A DNA stretch of 64,000 bases. Source: an uncultured Micavibrio sp. (GTDB lineage Bacteria > Pseudomonadota > Alphaproteobacteria > Micavibrionales > Micavibrionaceae). This document shows positions 36,940 through 45,982 of the stretch, piece by piece. Each line of letters starts with the position of its first letter. Positions within the stretch are counted from its first letter, which is position 1. The stretch spans positions 44,675 to 108,674 of the forward strand of contig CAXBNI010000002.1 in assembly GCA_963977105.1 (NCBI GenBank). Direction: 5' to 3'. A model generated the notes under the pieces. It was not told the origin of the DNA. It ran no database searches and worked only from the letters and a program-made list of their open reading frames with translations. The position numbers were made by a program, and so were the translations under genes.

Positions 36940-39900
36940 CTAGAACTTATAAGCCGCCTTAACAACGCCCGAATGCGCCGCGTATTCAGACTTGTATTCA
37001 AAATCATACCCGCCCGTGAATTCCCAGCTATTGGTATTATAAACCGTTGCGCCGAAGCCAACGTTAAACGTGCTGTTTACAGGGTCAGAACCTTCAGTTC
37101 TGAATGTTGTTCCACCACCAATAAACTTAGATGACGCCGAAACTTTATCACCGATCACATCATTGCGGTAACCAACATGAACTGCAGGTTCAAAAATGCC
37201 ACCATTGCTCAGCTCTTTCATCCAAGTCGCTTCTAAAGCAACCCCGAGTTCAAAGACATCTAAATCGCCAGGGTCAACATCAAGGTTCGCACCGCCTGCA
37301 CCTGATTCTGTATAAGCATCTTGGTCAACATGAATATAGTTAATCATTGCTGTCGGCGTTAACACGACTTCGTTAAAGGCTTTTAAGTGGTAATCATTAC
37401 CGAGTTCAAAACGGGCAACATATTGGTTGCCAGTTGTATCGCCCTCTGCTGTCAAGCCAGATGTCCCTGCGACGTTGTGACGCTTGCTTTCAACATCGTT
37501 AAACACGTAGCCAAGCATCACATCTAAGAACGCAGTATCAGCCAAATCGTAATTCGCATAAGCGGCAACTTGCCAGCTGCTAATCTCTGTTTCGGTTTTA
37601 TTTGCGTTGTCAGAATCAACATTTGTCACCGCGTAACTGCCCGCGAAGCCTAATGTCATGCCTTCTAATTTATCCGCTGTATCAATACCGGCTGCGAGAC
37701 CCAACGAGTTTGAGTCATAACCAGCAACATTCTCACGCTCGTCTTGCGTCGCTGTGTTACCAAAAGCCTGCCCCCAGACTTTCGTGCCATAGAGGCCATT
37801 ACCCGCATACATGCCAGTGCCGACTTTATCGTTACGAACCTCTGCAAGGCGAGTCCCGATCACGTTCAAAGACTGATTTGTGACACTCAACGCTGAAACA
37901 ACAGCGCCGCCATCAACTGTCGGAATTGACGATTCTAATATGTCGTTCACGGCTTGTTGTGAAGTCGCCGTGTTTAAATTCTGTTGCAACTGCGCGATTT
38001 GCGTATTGGCAGATGTACCAATTGCATCAAGTACAGTACCCACAGCGTTGTTATTAGTATTCGTCGCTGCAGCCGCTTTTGAACCGATGGTTGCGACAAC
38101 AACAAGGTCAGAATCACTCGTTGTATCCTGCGCAAATGACACAAGATAACTGTTATCTAGAATTGTCGTGGTTAGATCCGCAACGCCAGCGCCGCCAGCG
38201 CCGTCAATCAATGTGAAGGATTGTGCGTTCGCAATTGCATCACCCGTCACAACATCAATCGATAATATTGCCGTCGCATCAACGCTTGCATTGCCTGTTG
38301 CCGTCATCTGGCCTGCGGCTGTCGCGCCTTTGATGTCAAACATCAAGGTCTGCCCTGCATCGACGTCAATTGTGCCTCCTACATTCAGTGTACCGCTGCC
38401 AATATCTGTGGTTTTAGCCGCTTCAAAATTACCGCCCGCACTCACAATGCTGCTTGAGCCGAGAATCTGGAACGATTTAAGCTCCGTTCCATCCGTACCA
38501 AAAGCATCAATACTGCCTGACCCTGCAAGGACGAAGCTACCTGTATCGGCGGTAGATGTAATAATCGCGCCTGTGATGTCTTTTGTATCAGCAAGACGTA
38601 ACGTACCATCTGCATCAAAATCAACTGCGCCTGTGATGTTGCCATTTGACTGCACTGTGCCCGCACCCGCGACTTTGATGTCTGTTGCACGGATATTACC
38701 GGCCAATGTCACCGTTTCACCGCTCCCGCCATTAAAGTTGATCGCCGCGAGGCTGTTTGTTGTGATGCCCAAAGTACCGCTTACTGTAGACGAGCCAGCA
38801 AAGTTCACTGTACCGTTTGCGCCCGCTGTACTGTCAATAGAGCCTGTAAGGTTTGCATTATCAGCAAAGTTAATTGTACCTGCGTTATTGGCGAAGTTAA
38901 TATCGTTTGTTGTGGTCACGTTACCTGCGAAATTCACAGTCGCCGCGCCGCCAAAGTTAATATCATCAACATTCACCGTAGAACCAAAGCTAGATGTGCC
39001 AACGCCGTTAATGGTAATTAAGTTCAAGCTTTTGGTTGCGCCTACACTGCCTGAGACAATAGAAGAGCCTGCAATCGTGATGTTACCTGCGCCGTCGGCT
39101 GCGGTGATATTATCAACGCTGCCTGTGATGTCCGCGCCATCAGCAAGCAAAGCTGCCGCATTTGCGCCAAACTGGACATTACCCGTCACGTCCTGTGCAA
39201 AGTCTAGGTTACCTGCAGCCGTTGCGGTGATTGTTGTTGCGGCGACTGTACCGTTAAAGTCAAACGTACCAGTACCGTTATAAGTAATCGCGCCAATAGA
39301 GTTTGTTGCGCCAACATTGCCTGAAATAAGGGTCGTGCCTGCGCCTGTGCCGCTGATTGTGCCAACGCCCGCAGAGCCTGACGTATTATCAACCGCGCCC
39401 GTGACGCCGAAAGTGTTACCCAGAGCAAGCGTACCTGCGCCAGTAAGGTTCACTGCGCCCGTCACTGCGCCACCTGTTGTTAATGTGGTTGCCGCGCCAA
39501 TATTTACGTTTGTCGCCTGTAGCGTCGCGCCAGTGGTTAAGCCTGTGCCTTCACCTGAGAGTGTGACGTTGTCTAAGACCGTCACATTCCCCCAAGCTGC
39601 GTCTGTTGTAAGTGTATTGCCGCCAGATACGATAACGTTCGATGTATCGGTAGCTGCGCCCTGCACTGTGCCTGATGCCGCGATTGCGCCGCCTGCAGTG
39701 TCAAATGTCACAGTGTATGTGTCCGCCGTGCCGCCGCCATCGCCAATGACGATACCCGAAGCATTATCAACGCCGACATCGCCTTGGAATGTAACAGCAG
39801 AGCCTGTGCCGTCATTCGAGATTGTAATTTGGTTTAAGTCGTTTGTATCACCGATTGCGCCTGCAAAAGTTGCGCCTGCGCCTGTGATCGCGATGTCACC

Positions 39901-40581
39901 ATCCCCTGCAACGCCGCCGTCAATTGTCCCTGTGAGCGTTTGTAACGTGCCGCCATCAAGCGTTAGCGTTGCCGTCGAAACCGCACCTGTTAGGGTGGTT
40001 GAGGCCGCTGTGATATTACCGCTGACGGAGACATTCACATTGTTATTCGCATTCACGCCATCAGCCGTAATGGCGAGCGCGCCTGTGCCTAAATTGATGT
40101 TGCCATTGAGGTCAACGGTTAATACGTCGCCCGTTGCGTCAGTATCTTCGCCTGTGATAGTGAAGTTCATGGATGTAAACGCACCAACGGAAACATCACC
40201 AGATATAGTGACCGCTTCGGCGGCATCATCATTAAGCGCATCATCAATTGTAAATGTCAGGGCATCTGCGCCTGCGACCACGGCGGCGACGGTCGCGGTG
40301 CCATCACCAATAATGTCTGTATCCTGCACCGTTACGGTTGCATTGCTGTTCACGCGCAGGTCGCGGCTTTGCGTTGCTTCGCCAGCAGCGGCGGTGCCGT
40401 TTGTGTTGGTCTGCCAATCAAAAGGAGAGCTTGCGAGTTCGTCCGCATCAAACGTACCGCTGCTATCTGCATCGACGCTAATTTCATCCGCCGCGTAGGC
40501 AGGTGAGATAAATAATGGCGTCGCGCCGACTGCAACAATTGCAGTGCCGGCTAATAATAGCTTTTTAATATCTAATTTCAT
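36940..40581 (-). CDS. autotransporter outer-membrane protein 1 (long T/G/A/N-rich passenger plus C-terminal beta-barrel)
   Basis: The start is set at MKLDIKKLLLAGTAIVAVGATPLFISPAYA (signal peptide); the ORF track extends to 40674. The ~900-aa passenger is made of degenerate G-T/A-x repeats. The C-terminal ~280 aa have alternating beta-strands and end in ...AAYKF. Confidence 0.88.
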   Translation of the reverse strand: MKLDIKKLLLAGTAIVAVGATPLFISPAYAADEISVDADSSGTFDADELASSPFDWQTNTNGTAAAGEATQSRDLRVNSNATVTVQDTDIIGDGTATVAAVVAGADALTFTIDDALNDDAAEAVTISGDVSVGAFTSMNFTITGEDTDATGDVLTVDLNGNINLGTGALAITADGVNANNNVNVSVSGNITAASTTLTGAVSTATLTLDGGTLQTLTGTIDGGVAGDGDIAITGAGATFAGAIGDTNDLNQITISNDGTGSAVTFQGDVGVDNASGIVIGDGGGTADTYTVTFDTAGGAIAASGTVQGAATDTSNVIVSGGNTLTTDAAWGNVTVLDNVTLSGEGTGLTTGATLQATNVNIGAATTLTTGGAVTGAVNLTGAGTLALGNTFGVTGAVDNTSGSAGVGTISGTGAGTTLISGNVGATNSIGAITYNGTGTFDFNGTVAATTITATAAGNLDFAQDVTGNVQFGANAAALLADGADITGSVDNITAADGAGNITIAGSSIVSGSVGATKSLNLITINGVGTSSFGSTVNVDDINFGGAATVNFAGNVTTTNDINFANNAGTINFADNANLTGSIDSTAGANGTVNFAGSSTVSGTLGITTNSLAAINFNGGSGETVTLAGNIRATDIKVAGAGTVQSNGNITGAVDFDADGTLRLADTKDITGAIITSTADTGSFVLAGSGSIDAFGTDGTELKSFQILGSSSIVSAGGNFEAAKTTDIGSGTLNVGGTIDVDAGQTLMFDIKGATAAGQMTATGNASVDATAILSIDVVTGDAIANAQSFTLIDGAGGAGVADLTTTILDNSYLVSFAQDTTSDSDLVVVATIGSKAAAATNTNNNAVGTVLDAIGTSANTQIAQLQQNLNTATSQQAVNDILESSIPTVDGGAVVSALSVTNQSLNVIGTRLAEVRNDKVGTGMYAGNGLYGTKVWGQAFGNTATQDERENVAGYDSNSLGLAAGIDTADKLEGMTLGFAGSYAVTNVDSDNANKTETEISSWQVAAYANYDLADTAFLDVMLGYVFNDVESKRHNVAGTSGLTAEGDTTGNQYVARFELGNDYHLKAFNEVVLTPTAMINYIHVDQDAYTESGAGGANLDVDPGDLDVFELGVALEATWMKELSNGGIFEPAVHVGYRNDVIGDKVSASSKFIGGGTTFRTEGSDPVNSTFNVGFGATVYNTNSWEFTGGYDFEYKSEYAAHSGVVKAAYKF

Positions 40582-40743
40582 TGAAATAAATCTCCAGAAG
40601 ATGAGGTAAAAACAGAATACGGGAAGAAACACAAAACGGGCGAACGCCCAAATACAGGTTAAATCATAACACATTTACAAAGTTTTAAAAGAGCCCGCGT
40701 GCAAAAAACTGCGCACGGATGAAAGCCAAAGATAGCCGCGCAT

Positions 40744-40776
40744 AAGAAAACAGGGCTTCCCATTAAGGAAGCCCTG
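40744..40776 (-). terminator. rho-independent terminator after autotransporter 2
   Basis: Perfect 10-bp stem CAGGGCTTCC / GGAAGCCCTG with a 6-nt loop, followed on the minus strand by TTTTCTT. Confidence 0.75.
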
Positions 40777-40804
40777 CTTAATATAATATCTATCTGGTTA
40801 GAGA

Positions 40805-43800
40805 CTAGAACTTGTAAGAAGCTTTAACCATACCAGCATGTGCATCGTAATCAGACTTGAATTCGAAGTTGTAACCGGCGCTTAGTGTCCAGTTTGTGTC
40901 AGTGATGTATTTAACACCAACACCAGCATCGAAAGTTGTCTGTGCAGGATCGAAGCCTTTAACTTTGAAAGCAGAACCACCGCCAGCAAATGTGTTAGAT
41001 GCTTCGAACTCGTCGCCGATAAGGTCATGACGAACACCTAGGCCGATAGATGGCATTAGGTGTGTGCCGTTTGCATTCTGGATATCCCATTGTGCATCAA
41101 CGCCAAGACCAATTTCGAACAAGCTCAGAGAGTCTGCGTCAACTGTAAGGTTTGCACCGCCAGCACCTGTTTCTGTGTAGCTATCTGCAGAGTAGTGCAT
41201 ATAGTCAGCAGAAACTTTAGGTGTAAGAACGAGCGTACCGTGACCTGTGTGGTAATCACGACCAACTGCTAGGCCAGCTACGAATGCGTCTGCATTGTAT
41301 GAACCTTTAGCATTTAGTGCAGCAATACCGCCTGGGTTACGTGTAGTGTCATTATCAGACCAGATATAACCAAGTTGACCAGAAACGAATACTGTCTCGT
41401 TCACGTCGTAATCACCGTAAAGTGAAATTTGGTAGCTATCTACTTCTGTTTTCGCGTTGCTGATGGCGTCAGAGTCAACGTCCGTATCAGCGTAAGCGAA
41501 TGACATACCGATAGTCGTGTCTTGGCCAAGCTCTTCTGTGTCAAAACCAATTGCGAAACCGTAAGTATCAGCATCGTAACCAGAAACACCATCACGCTTG
41601 TCTTGTTGAGCTTGCTGACCGAAACCTTCGATCCAGCCGTTCAAGCCGTTCATGACTTGACCAGCATTCATGCCAGTTTCGCCAGAGCGTAGTGATGCAA
41701 GACGGTCATTGTTGATAGCAGACGTGCTACCCGCAACTTGAATACCCGCAACAACAGCGCCGCCAGAAACGTCAGAAGCAGCCGCTTCGATTACGTTATT
41801 AACGTCACCTTGCGTGCTTTTAGACTGAAGTTCAGACTGTAACAAGTTGATTTGGGTGTTCGTAGATGCCGCAAGCGTCGTTAGAAGCTGGTTACCAGTT
41901 GCAACATAGCCACTGTTAACACTTGTGCTTTCAACAGAGTTAGCTTGAGTAACAGTAACATCGAAGTCATTGCCGTTTGCTGTAAGAGCAAAACCGTACA
42001 AATATGAGTTATCTGTTACTGTAGCCGCTGTTGTTGCCGCGCCAGTGTTACCACCAACAACAGAAGCAATAACTTCAGCCGCTAGAGGTTGAGAGCCTGA
42101 TTCAACAACAAAGTTTACAGTATCGTTAGAAAGGTCAACTGCACCGCCTGCTGTGATATCAACAGTACCAATTGTTGTTGTACCCGCTGTACGTTTAACA
42201 CCAAGGTTAAATGTACCTGCAGCCGCATCAGCAGTATAACCGTTGCCGCCAGCAAGTGTAACGCCAGAGTTAACTGTAACTGTGCCATCATTATCAATAG
42301 CGCCTGTACCAATTGTTGCGTTAGCAGCAAATGTTGCTGCTGCATTAGCAGAAACATTTAATGCACCAACAGCTGTAGTACCAATAACACCGTTAAATGT
42401 AACGCTTGATGTTGTTGTGCCATTACCAATAGTAAGAACACCATCATTTGCGAGTGCACCATCAATTGTACCAGAGACAACTTGTGCAGATGTACCTAGG
42501 AACTGAAGAACGTCAGCATCATCAAGTGTGATTGCATCAACATAAAGGTTACCAGTTGTAGTAACTGTCTGTGCATTACCTGCACCAGTCGCTAGAACAC
42601 CGATCGCCTTCGTGCTAGTACCAACATTACCTGTAAATGCTACTGTACCTGCTGCGCTATCCGCGATTGAGATCAAACCTTGGCCATCTGTTGCTGTCGT
42701 AATCGCACCAGAAACTGTCAAAGTATTCGTTTGATCATCTAGGATAAGACCATCATCAACACCGCTGTCATTAATAACAACTGCGCCAGACAATGTTTCG
42801 TTACCAGTAGTCGCATCAACAGTCAAAGTCACGTTATCAGCAATATCAACTGAGTTCGCAACGGAGCCTGTAACAGTAGCATCAGCATCAACGTCAAAAG
42901 TACCCGCACCTGTAATGTTACCAGTAATGTCACCTGTACCACCAGCAGATATTTTCAATGTACCTGTGTTCGCAATGTTACCAATTAGATTACCTGCGCC
43001 AGTAATATTAACTGTACCCGCGTTAGTAATCGCGCCATTAATATCGCCTGCACCTTGGTCAACTGTTGAACCAGAAGCCACAGTAACAGCCGCAGAAATT
43101 GCCGCGTCTGAATCTAATGTTGTGCTACCAGTAACAGAAACTGTATCGATGTTAGCTGTTGCTACGCCAGTTAGTGTGATTGTATCACCGCCTGTGAAGA
43201 CAAGAGCTACAGTATCACCAGCGCCGCCACCAGCAATTGTCGCAGCGATTGTTTGTGTCGTACCATTAAATGTAGCTGTTTTTGTGTCAGTGCCAGTGTT
43301 ATCACCGAGTACAATTGTACCCGCGCCCCAGTCACCGTTAAATGTAACAGCTTGGTCAATACCTGTGCCGTTCATTGTCACTGTACCAGTGCTTGTGCTG
43401 TCACCAGAGAATGTAACACCTGAAGCATGTGTGTTTGAAACTGTAATGCTGCCATTACCAGAAACAACACCAGTTACTGTTTGAGCTGTCGTTCCGTTAA
43501 GAACCAATGTTCCTAAGCCGTCAGGGCCGTCAGCCAAAACAATGCCCGTCGCTGTAATGTTGCCAGCAACATTTAACGTAGCATCATCGCCCGCATCGCT
43601 TGAATTTGAAGCGTTAGTACCACCTGTTACTGTCACGTTGCCAGTAGTTGTAATTGAGCCTGTTACTGTAACTGCTGTAGCATCTGCGTTAGCACTTACT
43701 GTGTTCTCAGTTGCTTGTACTACAAAGTTACCAGAACCCAACGTCGCTGAGCCAACAGTAATCGCAGTAGAAACGTTATCACCTGCGTTTGAATCAAATG

Positions 43801-44053
43801 TTACGTTACCGTCTGGTGTTGCGTTTGTATCTGTAATCGCGCCAATAGCAGTTACGTCACTTTCGTCAATTGCAAGGTTAAAACCATCCAAGTTAACATT
43901 GTCAGCTGCTGTTGGTGCATTAACAGGTACTGTTGTGCCCCATGTTGAATTACCTGCGAGGGTCAAATCAGCTGCTTGTGCTGTACCTGCCGTTGCACCC
44001 ACTGCAACGATAGCTGTACCAGCCAATAGTAGTTTTTTAATATCAAGTTTCAT
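40805..44053 (-). CDS. autotransporter outer-membrane protein 2
   Basis: The start is set at MKLDIKKLLLAGTAIVAVGATAGTAQA; the ORF track extends to 44128. It has a repetitive T/G/A/V/N-rich passenger and a C-terminal barrel ending ...KASYKF, collinear with autotransporter 1. Confidence 0.88.
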   Translation of the reverse strand: MKLDIKKLLLAGTAIVAVGATAGTAQAADLTLAGNSTWGTTVPVNAPTAADNVNLDGFNLAIDESDVTAIGAITDTNATPDGNVTFDSNAGDNVSTAITVGSATLGSGNFVVQATENTVSANADATAVTVTGSITTTGNVTVTGGTNASNSSDAGDDATLNVAGNITATGIVLADGPDGLGTLVLNGTTAQTVTGVVSGNGSITVSNTHASGVTFSGDSTSTGTVTMNGTGIDQAVTFNGDWGAGTIVLGDNTGTDTKTATFNGTTQTIAATIAGGGAGDTVALVFTGGDTITLTGVATANIDTVSVTGSTTLDSDAAISAAVTVASGSTVDQGAGDINGAITNAGTVNITGAGNLIGNIANTGTLKISAGGTGDITGNITGAGTFDVDADATVTGSVANSVDIADNVTLTVDATTGNETLSGAVVINDSGVDDGLILDDQTNTLTVSGAITTATDGQGLISIADSAAGTVAFTGNVGTSTKAIGVLATGAGNAQTVTTTGNLYVDAITLDDADVLQFLGTSAQVVSGTIDGALANDGVLTIGNGTTTSSVTFNGVIGTTAVGALNVSANAAATFAANATIGTGAIDNDGTVTVNSGVTLAGGNGYTADAAAGTFNLGVKRTAGTTTIGTVDITAGGAVDLSNDTVNFVVESGSQPLAAEVIASVVGGNTGAATTAATVTDNSYLYGFALTANGNDFDVTVTQANSVESTSVNSGYVATGNQLLTTLAASTNTQINLLQSELQSKSTQGDVNNVIEAAASDVSGGAVVAGIQVAGSTSAINNDRLASLRSGETGMNAGQVMNGLNGWIEGFGQQAQQDKRDGVSGYDADTYGFAIGFDTEELGQDTTIGMSFAYADTDVDSDAISNAKTEVDSYQISLYGDYDVNETVFVSGQLGYIWSDNDTTRNPGGIAALNAKGSYNADAFVAGLAVGRDYHTGHGTLVLTPKVSADYMHYSADSYTETGAGGANLTVDADSLSLFEIGLGVDAQWDIQNANGTHLMPSIGLGVRHDLIGDEFEASNTFAGGGSAFKVKGFDPAQTTFDAGVGVKYITDTNWTLSAGYNFEFKSDYDAHAGMVKASYKF

Positions 44054-44441
44054 TCTGAGAGTTCTCCTTTGGTCAAAACGAATAAACAAAAATTCTTTAT
44101 ATTGGATAGATAAAGCATTTACCAACATAGACAGTCATACACAAGTTTTGTAAGTCGTGGTGCTGAGCCCTTATATATACTGCAAAGAACAGATATAACG
44201 AATCAGGACACGAATCGACCTACAGCAATTGTAGGGAAACTTATACCAGTGGGTAGATAGGCGGTAAACCCCTGATAGAGGAAAATTTGTAACTTTTTCA
44301 ACACATAAACATCAGAAAACCCTAATTTACAGGGCTTAAAGTTTAGTTTATAGGGCGCCGCCCTATACCCTCGCGTGTAGTCCGGACGTGGCTTTGAGTC
44401 GATTTTCAGTGGGCTGATTTGATGAGAAAAGTACCGTAAAC

Positions 44442-44466
44442 AAAAAAGCGACACTGTTGCTTTTTT
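44442..44466 (-). terminator. rho-independent terminator after the IalB-like gene
   Basis: AGCAAC-AGT-GTCGCT stem followed by T6 on the minus strand; an A-run on the other side. Confidence 0.55.
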
Positions 44467-44511
44467 GCAACAATGCCGCTTTTAAACTTATAATCGCTAA
44501 TATATAAAAGC

Positions 44512-45027
44512 TTATTTCTTCATAAGCTCTTTATGCGCTTTGCTAAAGCCTGAAAGTGAAAGCTTGACGCTAAACACTTTGCCTGTTTGGTCATGCGTCG
44601 CAAGGACAAGGTTGTTGCCTTTACGCATTTCTTTTAACAATACTTCAGTCACGCCAATGCGCCCAAGGCAGCCGCCCGGTGTACAGGTGTGAAAATTAAA
44701 TGCGTTTTTCTCGCCTTCATTTTTCTCGCCGCCATCAACTTGCATCAACACAGGGTTCGCAACCAATAAACCAAGGGGCAGAATAATAATGCCGCCAAGC
44801 TTGTCTTCTTTGTCTTTAAAGAGTGCGATCTCCATAAAACGCTGGCCTGTGTCTTTGACCGTGATCATCTGGAACATTTCGCAATATTCTTTTTTATCGG
44901 TTTCATTTGTTTTACAGCGGACATCCCATGCTTTTTCATCAGCGGCCTGTGCGCTTGGCGCGAAGCCTGCGACAGAAAACAATGCCAAAGCAGTGAGAGA
45001 TAAAACAGAAAATACTATACGGCGCAT
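44512..45027 (-). CDS. ialB: invasion-associated locus B (IalB) family protein
   Basis: The start is set at MRRIVFSVLSLTALALFSVAGFAPSAQA (signal peptide, RBS AAGGAAGG). The mature part has the W.V.C...C pattern and the size (~145 aa) typical of IalB-family proteins. Confidence 0.6.
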   Translation of the reverse strand: MRRIVFSVLSLTALALFSVAGFAPSAQAADEKAWDVRCKTNETDKKEYCEMFQMITVKDTGQRFMEIALFKDKEDKLGGIIILPLGLLVANPVLMQVDGGEKNEGEKNAFNFHTCTPGGCLGRIGVTEVLLKEMRKGNNLVLATHDQTGKVFSVKLSLSGFSKAHKELMKK

Positions 45028-45099
45028 AAAACTAACCTTCCTTATAATTAAGCAATGCCTCAATGACTTAAAGCATTATAAAAATCTAACGCACGAGTT

Positions 45100-45957
45100 T
45101 TAACATGGCATTGTTTTACGTAGCAAGGCCGGCCAGAGATCAATCCACCCTTTTCCGTGCGTTACGCCTTTTAACGTTTCAATGCGCACGCAGCGCGGGT
45201 CGCCCATTTTGCTGACGAAGCTCTGTGCGATGGGCTGCGGGACGATCGGGTCATCAGCGCCGACAAAATGATATTGCGGCAAGGCGGCGTAGTCCGGTGC
45301 ATAATTTGCAGGGTTGAGCGATTCGGGCATCATGCTGACTTTATGGTAGCGTGAATGGGCATCAATATCTAAATTCCCTGCGACTGTGCGGATCGCGGTG
45401 ATGTCGGTGCGGCCGCGCGCCATTAACAACGCCAAAGTTGCGCCGCCTGAATATCCGACCAGTTCGACATGCTGCCAGCCGCGCTCCGCCTTGAGGCGCG
45501 CAAGCAAGGCGCTATAGGCGCGCAGAACTTCGGGCGCGTAGCGGTGGGTTGTCCAATATTTACGTGGGCAGTTGCCTTCGCGGTCCCAGCCAGAATACTG
45601 ACATGGGCGCGCAAGGTAGACGCGGTCCACCCCTGCGCCGCTGTCAATTTCAGCAAGGCGCAGCGCGTAAGGGTCAATCGGCGTTGGGTTTAATGATGGC
45701 GTGGATTTACTCAGCCATGCAAGGCCGTCGCCCTCAATATAGACGCGCCCTGTGGTGGCGGCTTTGGTGTTGGTTGCGCTCAGATAGGCGGTGACGTAAA
45801 AAGGTGCCGCGTGGAAAACGTGCTTATCCAGCCCGTCGCGCGCGGCAACATCATCCGCCAAAGCAAAGCGGTTTGATAAAGACGCGCCGCAGCCAGATAA
45901 CGCCAACAGCACAAAGCCGCTCAATAATACAAATATGGACGCTTTGACAGCGCCCAT
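45100..45957 (-). CDS. alpha/beta-hydrolase-like lipoprotein, paralog 1
   Basis: The start is set at MGAVKASIFVLLSGFVLLALSGC (lipobox). It has a nucleophile-elbow-like VGYSGGA and an LPQYHFVGADD motif shared with 45983..46981. Confidence 0.7.
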   Translation of the reverse strand: MGAVKASIFVLLSGFVLLALSGCGASLSNRFALADDVAARDGLDKHVFHAAPFYVTAYLSATNTKAATTGRVYIEGDGLAWLSKSTPSLNPTPIDPYALRLAEIDSGAGVDRVYLARPCQYSGWDREGNCPRKYWTTHRYAPEVLRAYSALLARLKAERGWQHVELVGYSGGATLALLMARGRTDITAIRTVAGNLDIDAHSRYHKVSMMPESLNPANYAPDYAALPQYHFVGADDPIVPQPIAQSFVSKMGDPRCVRIETLKGVTHGKGWIDLWPALLRKTMPC

Positions 45958-45982
45958 ATTCTTTGTTTCATGCTGCATTGGT

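Noticed and set aside
37880-40498. Very long plus-strand ORFs (89, 371 and 393 aa) antisense to autotransporter 1
   Set aside because: They are low-complexity P/A/V/S/T-rich translations. They arise because the T/G/A/N-rich passenger repeats avoid codons whose complement is a stop. The minus-strand frame has a signal peptide, passenger repeats and a beta-barrel, so the antisense ORFs are artefacts.
42243-44153. Plus-strand ORFs (87, 189 and 203 aa) antisense to autotransporter 2
   Set aside because: This is the same compositional artefact as in autotransporter 1.
44203-44454. 83-aa minus-strand ORF upstream of autotransporter 2
   Set aside because: It spans the palindromes and part of the ialB terminator, has no RBS and has odd composition. 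I treat it as non-coding leader or promoter DNA.
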